Shown piece after piece: positions 1-9,750 of a stretch of 64,000 nucleotides of DNA. Where the stretch lies: positions 35,377,626-35,441,625 of the forward strand of contig CM074516.1 in the NCBI GenBank assembly GCA_037379345.1. The letters run 5' to 3'. Under the pieces are notes generated by a model that did not search any database, had not been told where the DNA came from, and was given only the letters and a program-made list of their open reading frames with translations. The position numbers were made by a program, and so were the translations under genes. This DNA comes from Perna viridis. Its lineage: Eukaryota. Position 1 is the stretch's first letter. Each line of letters starts with the position of its first letter.

Positions 1-409
1 GCCCACATTACAAATGAATCTACGATTTTAATTAATGTCTTGCAATCATCATTTAACTATAGTATATTTACCTTGCTCATATGTTAATCCCTTCATTTCT
101 AAGAGTTCTTTTACAATTAAGGCTATAAAAAAAATAATATATTCGCATTTCAATCTTCTGTATGCTTGTATATATCGAAAACAGATGCCCTTTTATATCT
201 TTTTGAAAATGTCAATATTTTTTTATCACTTCTGCCTGCTTTGTTTGCGAGTTTGAAAGATACGAAGGAAGTTTTCTGTGAAGTACAAATTTGTGTTTGC
301 AAAGCATATGCTCAAGAATGTTAATGTTTTATGTTCAACATGTTCAAGTTTGCTTTACTTCCCTTCATTTATTTTACTCTAAACATATTTTTCTCAAATA
401 AATACCTCA

Positions 410-2880
410 ATTATAATAAACATAAGAGTAATACATCATAAGGATTCGGAAACAAGCCTACGCTTACGTTAATCTGTCTCCTATCATATGACAAATATAA
501 GCACATTGAATCAGCATGCTCTGATACATTCGTTTTACATATATTAATGCAATAGTGAAATAGAAAAAAATATGTGAAAAGAAGATAGGCATGTAACTTA
601 ATAAAATAAAGAAGGGATATGATGAAATGCATTAGAAAACAACATACAATACTAGTGATAATATACACATCATTTACTTTTTAAAATATAAGATTGCACC
701 TTTAAGAATAATTCAGTATTGTGTTCTGTTGTAAGAGCATCAGACCCGTTTAAAAGAACATTAATATCAATCCGAAAACTCAAAGTTTGGATAGTGTTAA
801 GCCGGATTTCCGAGTATTTGTTGCATTGAAGTTTAAAAAAAGGTTGCTTGTCTCTACTTGGCCACAGGAACATTCCGGACTGGCTACCAGATTATGCCTG
901 AACAGATGTTCGTTGAGAGAGCTGCTGTTCATGTGCAACCTGGCATCCAATGTCAAAGTACGATGGTCGTGTGACATTATTAATACGCGATTAAAATATG
1001 CTCAGTTATCTTGAATTACGAGTGGCTAAGGGCTCATTGCACATTTTGATAATAGACGGTAGGAAATAGTTCTAATAAAAAGACGCCCTTTTACGTATTT
1101 CGGATAAAGGTGTGTGATTGACGCGTAAAATGGATGTGGAAGTCTGACCACGCATTTGGTACCAGGATACTTAAATACTCGGGAGTATCACTGTTTATAA
1201 TTTTATACATCATCACGAGTTTATGTTTTTCCTTCTATCGACGAGTTTTTCCCATCCGGTTTCACGATATAAATTTTCTAACAGTTAAACATTCCAATTC
1301 TGTGCCACCAATTACGATACGCATCGCTTCTATTGGTCTTATTAATTAAAATTTGAATGCCATTGTCCAATACGACATTCCTACATTCGAGAATATACGA
1401 AATATACATTTTCTCGGATGTAAACCGGTCGAGAATCAATCCTAAACGCGAAGAACATTGATCCTAGTGTAAGCTTTTTTAACGATATACTCAATATAGT
1501 CATGCTAAGAAACGTCAGCAGAGAAATAAGCACTCATGTTTTGTGACTAAACACTTCCTGGTGATCAAAATTGTCCATCTGCAGAGGATGTGAACCTGTC
1601 GGATGCGTTTGAATTAAATTGAACATTCATGTATTTTTTCGATGTCTCTTTTCAATGTGGAGTCCTCACTATAACATATAGACTAGTGTGGCCAGCAAAT
1701 AGTTTGATACAGGCATTGACGACGATAACGATATCGTTTATAAAACAAGAAATAATAGAGGTCCAAGTATGGATCCCTGCGGAACACCAGCTACCACTGG
1801 TTCCAAACTTGAAGAACAACCGTTTAAGACAACGCATTGGAATCTTTTAGTTAAATAGCTGCTAAGCCAACACAAAAGATACCCGGTCATACCATACTGT
1901 TGTAACTTATTAATAAGCAATAAACCGTAATGCCAGACACAATCGAAAGCCTTGGAAATGTTACCAAAAAAAAAACACGCAAATATCCTGATCATTGTCC
2001 AAAGCCTGGCCAAACGAATTTGAAATATCGACCAGTTAATTTATAGCTGACTGAATATCTGTGAGTGAATAAACAGTGATGATATTTATTGATATGATTG
2101 TCTCTCAAATTACTGTTAATGTATATATGAAAACAACGTTCCATACATTTTGAAATTATACTGAGAAGTGATATAGGGCGATAGTTCTTGACTTTTCGTG
2201 TATTTCCATTTTTAAATACTGGTGTCATGTTAGCTCTTTTCCACATAGTGGGAAAGAACGACTTCGAAAGTGAAAAATAAAAAAGCTTACACAACGGACT
2301 TCTCAGTTCTGAATTTGCGGCTTTCAAAAATCTCGGGCTAATACATGTATGGTCGGGGCCGGATGCCTTCACAACGCTAAGATTCTTGAGTACATTATCT
2401 ACTTTGGGTTCTGTAATTGCAAATTGATCAATCCATCCCATGATAATTAGAGTCGTCTACATTCGTTTTGCAGAAGGAAGAAGTCGTTGAATTCGTTTGA
2501 TTTGACAGTTTTGTGTCGGCGATAAGGTCATCATTTTTTAAACAACATTGATATTTTGACCGTGTTCCGTGCCAGGTATTTGAATGCATATGTGTCACCA
2601 TGATTTCGTCGATGGGTGGTTATCTTTCAATTAACCTGTAAGTTGATCTTGGTAACTCTGTTGAGCTTACCGCACTTGTAAAGTTACCAAGTTCCGTATA
2701 CGCCTGAATTTCGTACAATCGCTATCACGGTTTTTATGTCGCGCTTAAGAGTGCATATACCTTTTTTTACGAATAAATTTTCTCAGATTATTCGTCAACC
2801 ATTTCGGGTCCGCCTTCCGAACCGGCACCAATTTGTTTTGTATCAACTCGCCACCCGCATTAAAGATGACATTTTACTCT
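410..2880 (-). mobile_element. Degenerate 5'-truncated CR1/L2-group LINE (RT pseudogene)
   Basis: Broken minus-strand ORFs carry RT motifs: KASGPD, WKRANMTPVFK, NYRPISLLS..SKCMER (1992-2441); ISKAFDCVWH, GVPQGSILGPLLFL (1738-2013); C-terminal SPECSCG (780-977). Many frameshifts; ends approximate. Confidence 0.85.
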
Positions 2881-3061
2881 TATCATGATACTTACATGCT
2901 AAAGCTATGATGATGACACTGAGGGTTATAATAACAATAACAATTACAACAGACTTCTTTACACCTAGAATGAATAGAAATATGAATAGATAAATGTATT
3001 TCAGTGTGGCGCTTCTGGTATGTCTCTACCCGACAACCACGAGTTGCATATATAAATATAA

Positions 3062-3069
<8 letters not shown>

Positions 3070-3124
<55 letters not shown>
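3070..3124. repeat. (TG)n microsatellite
   Basis: Perfect TG run preceded by a short TA run. Confidence 0.98.
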
Positions 3125-3127
<3 letters not shown>

Positions 3128-4259
3128 TTATCAATATGTTAAGTAAGTTAGTGGTGCTGATATGCACAGTGTATATACGGAAGTGTACGGTTTTGCTGTA
3201 TATCGCACAAATGTGTTTACAACATGTATATTTCGTAGTCATGTCCTTTTCGTGTAGGTACTTCCGAAGATATCACAACACTGAATATATTCTGGATTCG
3301 TGTACGCTTAAAAAATACGAATAATACTACAAAAAATAACATGTATAATAACGACCTTTCAAAATTATTATTTACCTAGAAAAAATCGACATGCAACGTT
3401 CACATTTTGATTCTGAGGAGTCCGTCACCGAAAAAAAAGCATAATTTCTGCCAATATACCTTCTTCTATAAAAAGTTTTTGTATAATGTATCAGTTTTGT
3501 AATTATTTCTCCTTAATTTAAACCAATGGTGAATACCCTCAGGTTTCATCAAGAATGAACTTTACTCACACCTATGTTTTCATTACTGTCCGCTGTATAT
3601 TTTGACTACTGTACGCTGTATACTGATTGCACTGTTTTTAAATTGAAAATCGACAAGTGATTTGAAATCTCTTTAGTTGCTATTCAGTTTTAAACACATA
3701 TATCCAATTTAAGTGTTACTGTATGGGGAAAATAACGAATGCGTATATAGTTTCAGATGTATCATACATGTATGCGTGTGCTTATTTAGCGATGCAAATA
3801 AGAATTCAATTTTGAAAACTATTTGAGTAAATATTCTAGCCTCGTTTACACATTGGATAACATGACACGTACAATGCTTAAGAGACAAAGGAATCTCCGA
3901 AATACATGTATGCCTTTGTATCAAACAACCGCTTTTCGATGTTTACATGTTCATCTCGTTATACAGATGAAAAATAAACAGCTCTCCCTATTTCAATAAC
4001 AAATTAAAAAAACAATCATGAAAAATGTCATGGTAAATATATAGACGCGAATAGTGTTAAAAGCTGTTAAAATAACATAGGAATCCCATTAAAGATCAAT
4101 ACCTATATCTCAGTTTTATCCAAAACAAACAAGAATCGAGCGAAAATCAAACGCTTAAGATACGGACATGACAGGGAAAACAAACACACTTAACAAAGAA
4201 CATGAAATAACCAAAATACATGTAACACGTACAAGAAAAGCACAGGCAAATAAGCATCC

Positions 4260-4320
4260 CGCTTGGAGCATGAACCAGGTGCGCCGATAGGGTAAGCGTC
4301 CTCTACGTTTTAGAAACATC
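4260..4320 (+). repeat. Dispersed repeat fragment (probably Penelope-derived); a second, inverted copy lies near 32515-32552
   Basis: ggagcatgaaccaggtgcgccgatagggtaagcgtc matches the reverse complement of gacgcttatcctaccggtacacctagtccatgctcc at about 32517-32552. The family origin is inferred. Confidence 0.5.
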
Positions 4321-4599
4321 CACGAAAGTGCTCCTTATATGTCACGGCAGGGGTAGGCGAAAGAGGATAAGCGATTTTTGACACGTTAAACAAATCGGTT
4401 AACTCTCATGGTGTAGATGATACACCATCACGGTCCAGGAGTTTATGATGAAATCCACAAAACTTCTGTAGAAGTCTACGACAGAACAAAAAAGTTTGCT
4501 TAGTTACGGCAACCTCTAGTATAACGTATATGTTGTGATGTGAAAACTTCATAGGTGCTGAAGGGGTGTTGTCATAGATCAGTTAATTTAAGGCACTGA

Positions 4600-5742
4600 G
4601 CCAGCACTCCACAGTATTGTAGAACTACATAATTTTGGTCTTGTATTCTGATGCTTTGTAACATTTATCACTTTAAAAAATTGTCAAGCATCTGTAAATC
4701 TACATATCTAGAAATAGCTCAAGCCAAGGCCTTCAGGGTGCAGTGAAAATTTTCTGGAAAAAAATACCCACAGCAAATAGGGTTACCATAGAAACCATGC
4801 AAAAATATGCGAAAATTTGCAAAAAAAGTTCATAAAATCAGGTTTAAAAATATCAAATTTCCCGCAAAATATCTTAAATTTTTGCAGGTCCGGGTGTTAA
4901 AAGAATAGGCCTGCAGCAGCGCTAAGCTTGTCGTAAAAGGCGACTAAATAGTGCTCAGAACCCTATCCGGAGGCTAGGGCGCTCTGCCCACAGAGCAACT
5001 GGGATGTGTGCCCCAGGTAATGGAATGGGGTACCCCTGGCGTGTTACATGCTGGGGTTGTCAGGCTACAATACGGAAAACCAGACCGCAAACCATAGTGG
5101 TGCACCGTGTTGGGAAAGATGCCACGTTCCTCGCACGTTAAAGAACCCTACTGTGGTATTCTCCCGGAGTAGGAACCATAGGGCTCCGCCACAGGAGGCC
5201 AAATTGCCCGACCCTACCCATCCCTCCCTATTTCCAGTGGCAATCAAAATTTGTCGACCCCATTGTCCTTGTGTCCCGTCCCTTTTTCATTTCATGTTCA
5301 TTTTATCACCCAAATCATGTTCATCATCTGAATATAGCTGAAATATTGCTGCTCGGACGTTAAACCCCAACAAACAAACAAACAATATTTCATGCCTGAA
5401 AGTGTCCAAACTTTTTCCTTCGATAACCCCTTCCTCATATGAGCATCGCCGGTTAGATTTTGAGCTATTTCACTTCGTAATCCACTTATTAAATTTAGCA
5501 TGGTAAAAAATTAACTTACTTTCACTTCACAATGAAGTCAAATTGTCATTGAAAAATAGCCCCTTTCAAACTGAAAATATATAAAACATTGCAAAATACT
5601 TTGAAGTCTCCCTTTTCAGAAAATGTTTTATCAACAATAGATTCTTCATTTTTAATCACTATAGCTACCACCGGTTTCCATTAATGTCATTTTTCATCTC
5701 TAGCCAAAAGTGCGAAACTAAACTAAACTGTGGAGTGCTGGC
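4600..5742. mobile_element. PIF/Harbinger-like MITE containing a nested SINE-like insertion
   Basis: Perfect 16-bp TIR gccagcactccacagt (4600) / actgtggagtgctggc (5742), flanked by a 3-bp TGA duplication (TNA-type TSD). Confidence 0.8.
4883..5385 (+). mobile_element. SINE-like non-autonomous retroelement with a structured 5' end and an (AAAC)n tail
   Basis: GC-rich island within AT-rich DNA. Contains 5' gaataggcc...gcttgtcgtaaaaggcgactaa, a central gcacgttaaagaaccc motif typical of mollusc SINE central domains, and a 3' end atagctgaaatattgct...ggacgttaaaccccaa(caaa)n. Confidence 0.75.
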
Positions 5743-5903
5743 TGAGGAAGGTCATAAGTTCAATTGCCCATTATATGTTTTACTATAGTATATTAACATC
5801 TTTATCGGTATCTTTGTCTCAGAATGTGACAACTTAAAGAAGGGTCTGAAAAATTCGGGATTTGGACATGCTCTATTTTCAATTCCCTAAAAAGCCTGTC
5901 AAT

Positions 5904-7495
5904 TGTGATCTTGAGTTTAGGAGTCAGATCACGTGATGTTCTGTTTTTATGGTGTGACGTAATAGGCTGGAATGAAAACCAAGTTAACACAATATAACTT
6001 TATTAAAATAGATGTTTCTTGTATGGCGGCCGTTGTCCAAGTGGCCCGAATAATATAATCAAAACAATATGATAATGCATTAGAATAGGTTAATAGCTAA
6101 CATTTATGCATAAATTAAACAATGGGGAATTTAACTCATATTTTGATAAAGTGGGGGAATTTAGCTCATATAATGTTATTAGACAGTGCCAAACAAATAT
6201 TGTGAATTATGAAAACATGGGGCTTCTTTTACTTAAATGTAACTACATGGTTGCCATAGAAACCAAAATGTAAACAATAATGATTGACATATCTAGATAA
6301 AGATTAAATTGAAACTGTCACTAAATTGACATAATAACTACTAAAAACATATATACAACGCGCTGTGATCTAAAGAAAAAGTTAGTAAATGAAATGCAAA
6401 GCGTGCAGCATAATTGAAATTCAAGTTACGCTTAATAAACTATGTTGGTATTGAGCTGCTAAAAAGTATTACATAAGTACAGCTCATTTGTTTAATTTTA
6501 CCTTTAAATGCCTATTTACGGCTGAATTCATAGCTATAAATGAAATGTAACTTTGCCGCTGTTTACAAAATAAAGTTTCAAGTGGAGATAACTCCTACAA
6601 TATATCTTAAAACCAAAGCTTGAACTTGTTGCCAATAAATGCGCATGAACCATAGTAAGTATTGCAAAGTAAGTAATTGAGACAATGATTCAGTAGATTA
6701 TTATAGAACTACATACACATAAGTAAATGTTAAAATGTACACACACATATATGAACACAAATAACAACTGATTGTCATGTGCTAATAAAGATATTCTATT
6801 CAGATAAAGTGCGCTAATTACTGCAAGTTAAAACACTTAAAAATAAGTATCAAAATGTAATTTATACTAAGACATAAATATCTCATATTAACTATTAAAC
6901 ATTCAAATTGTAATATAAAAATTTACTACTTACCTGGAATGAAAACCAAGTTAACACAATATAACTTTATTAAAATAGATGTTTCTTGTATGGCGGCCGT
7001 TGTCCAAGTGGCCGAGTTTACCAAACATAAAGTTATGTTTTCACTCCAGGTGAGGCCCATTGAAGGAAAATAGCTATATACACAAAGAGCAAATATATTA
7101 AAACCCCTTATTGAACCTCTATGAAAAAATATGTGAAAAGCCATTTCATGTCACCTAATCCACCTATGTTAAGTGCTAGGACGCAGTCCTTAATCCGGAT
7201 ATGCTATAATCTTATCCCTGATTTTGTATAGCCTTAATTATACAGTTAATTATCAAGTCTTGGTATCTATTTAGTCTTACGTAAGATATTTACATACTTA
7301 AAACATGTTGGCACTACAGCATTATGTTTCTTTTTAAATATATGTTTATTAAAATACTTGTGAAACAATATTAAGTTTAGGTGACTGGCTTGGACATTAC
7401 AATGTACAAACATGAAAAATATCAAATGAAACAATAAAGAAAAATATATGCATATTATGTACAAGAAGGGATGATGGCTTGTTTTCCCTATCACA
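5904..7495 (-). repeat. 3' LTR (1592 bp = 625-bp LTR + 967-bp extra segment)
   Basis: 5904-6046 and 6934-7495 match the 5' LTR. The 80 bp at 5967-6046 are duplicated at 6934-7013, with 887 unique bp between them. Confidence 0.95.
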
Positions 7496-7510
7496 AATAC
7501 TCCCCTCATT
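7496..7510 (-). promoter_or_regulatory. Polypurine tract
   Basis: Minus strand AATGAGGGGAGTATT abuts the TG start of the 3' LTR. Confidence 0.85.
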
Positions 7511-7742
7511 AAGGTTTCTTTGTCCTCAAAGAACAAAGCTAATTGTCAAATAAATAGTAAAATGACTGATCAAAACAACATTCACATCCGATACCATCAG
7601 ATGGCAAGTCACACGAAGAGGCAGAAGACCATGCCCAACGCATACAATGTTTATATATTGAAAACTTTAGCCAAAGAGGTACGTCTGTAAAAGATCTCCC
7701 TAGCTATGTGGTTGGTTTGTAAAATTTTTTTTTTTTTTTTTT

Positions 7743-8171
7743 TTATTTGACTACTTGGAAAAAGTTGTTATGCACTATCAATATATAACAAGTAAATGGT
7801 GACTTGAACATGTGTTTTAAGCATCTTGCTTTGATGGGATTTATTGAAATTAGATCAGGTACATGTAAGGTGTGTTTAGTGTGTGTATTTATAATGTTGA
7901 GGCCTGACAATTGAATGTGTAATCTGGTGAAGATGGTGCCGGAGATTCTCATGTTAGAAATATTGTGTGGATTTGATATTTCCCAGTCTAGTTTAGCTTG
8001 TTTGGTAAAGAACACTCCATAGTTAATACGTTGTAAGCTCTCTCTGTCTGTTGACATACCCTCGACCATACTTATTATCATGAGAAGGCAGGCAAATCTT
8101 AGTACTCCTATTGAAAACAAAGATGAAGAAATTTTAAGACGGCAGTGTTTATCGTTTAAGGGAGGATCCAT
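7743..8171 (-). pseudogene. Internally deleted env-like third ORF of the Gypsy element
   Basis: Lies between integrase and PPT. A hydrophobic signal-like stretch (VLRFACLLMIISMVEG) is followed by LQRINYGVFF, then abruptly by unrelated-looking sequence. Far too short for a complete env. Confidence 0.6.
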
Positions 8172-8578
8172 TCCCTAATAGCACTATGGAACATGAGAAC
8201 GAGCTCATAATTTTGACAAACACTACACTAGAAATCCTAGAAGAGAAAAAATGTAAGAAGAGTACATAAGAAGTGCCTTACAATCTCACATCTAACTTGT
8301 AGATCAAATCAGGCATAGAGGAGCAATCAAAAATGAAGTGAAGTTGTTTGCAATTGTTAAATGCAAAATGCTTTAATGTAAAATGAAAACACTTGAAAGT
8401 GAAATGCAAAACACTGTAGTGTGAATTGTAAAATGCTTCTATGTTAACTATAACAATAGACATGTAAAATGAAAAATGATTATCCAGTAAAAATGTGTAA
8501 TGTAAAAATAAATTGTATTCCTATAAATGGCAATATGAAGTTTTCACTATTCCATTTATTTTGCCTTGTGTGTAAGAC

Positions 8579-9750
8579 TCATTTTCTGAAGCAGGGATTT
8601 CTATGTGGACGTTTTCGTTTCCTACCCTGTTGTGTTTTTGTTGCATGGTAATGGGTAATGGTATCCTCTGACAAGTTTTCTGCAGGTTGCCATGATGAAC
8701 CCGTATAACCTTTCCATTTGATGAGGTACTCCTTTTTACCATTGACCGTTTTTGAACGAAGGATTTTTTCTATGGGATATTCCCTGTCATCTATTTGAAC
8801 CGCTGGCTCATTGTTTGTGTTTTCATTTTTGTCTATGTTTTCATTATTGTGTTGTTGCTGTGGTATGTTTGGTTGTACTGGTCTGGGTAATTCTGGACGT
8901 GGGACGTCTGGTCCTGGTGCATTTAAATTTTGTCTGTGATCTGGATCATGGTAATGTTTGAGTCTATTTGCATTGATTAAACTCTTGATTTCTTTGTTTG
9001 TACCACACCTTCGAAGTTTGTAAGTGTAGTTTGGACCCTTGTCAACAATGTAAAATGGTCCATCTTGTTTTTTGTACAGTTTGGATGAGTACCCTACTGG
9101 AACTCTTGGAGTGTAAAGAAGCACTCTGTCATTGATTTTAAAGTCTGGAACTCCTGTGTTTTTGTCATAATGTTGTTTCTGTTGTTGTTGTGCAATGGCT
9201 AAGTTTTCAGTTGCAATTGTTTTGGCAATTTTCAAATTGTTGAGAATGTTGTCAATGTGTTTTTTCAAATTTTTGTTTAGATCTTCTCGTGGAATGAGAT
9301 TTGCATCAAAAAATATGTTCATCTCTTTTCCAAAAACAAGATGATATGGTGAAAATTGTGATGATGCTGATGGTGTCATACGAAATGCCATGAGTACTCC
9401 TGGTAATAACTCAGGCCAGTTGGATTGTGACTCATCTACTACAGTTCGTAAGCATTGTATGATGGTTTTGTTTGTGCGTTCTGCTATGGAGTTTGTTTGT
9501 GGATGGTATGAACTTGTGAAACTATGTTTGACATTGAAAATGTGGTTAACTGCTGCCACAAGTTTGCTCATGAAACCTTGTCCTCTATCAGTGCAAATAG
9601 AGTGTGGACTTCCATAGCGTGTAAAAATTTCTTTGTACATGACTGTAGCAATTTCTTCAGCAGTTTCAGATCTAACAGGATGAGCTTCAACCCATTTACT
9701 GAAAGAATCTACTATGATCAATATAAAGCGATAACCTTGTTTTGTTTCTT
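8579..9750 (-). CDS. pol: Integrase core and C-terminus with GPY/F motif and chromodomain (frameshifted continuation of pol)
   Basis: IVDSFSKWVEA, TDRGQGF, YHPQTNSIAER (DDE core), DGPFYIV, and YPIEKIL...YLIKWKGY..SSWQPAENL (chromodomain). Confidence 0.93.

Noticed and set aside
2892-3324. ORFs with (HT)n and (CV)n runs
   Set aside because: They are translations of the (TG)n microsatellite.
5802-7536. Short ORFs duplicated at 13575-14411
   Set aside because: They are chance ORFs within the two LTR copies and have no protein features.
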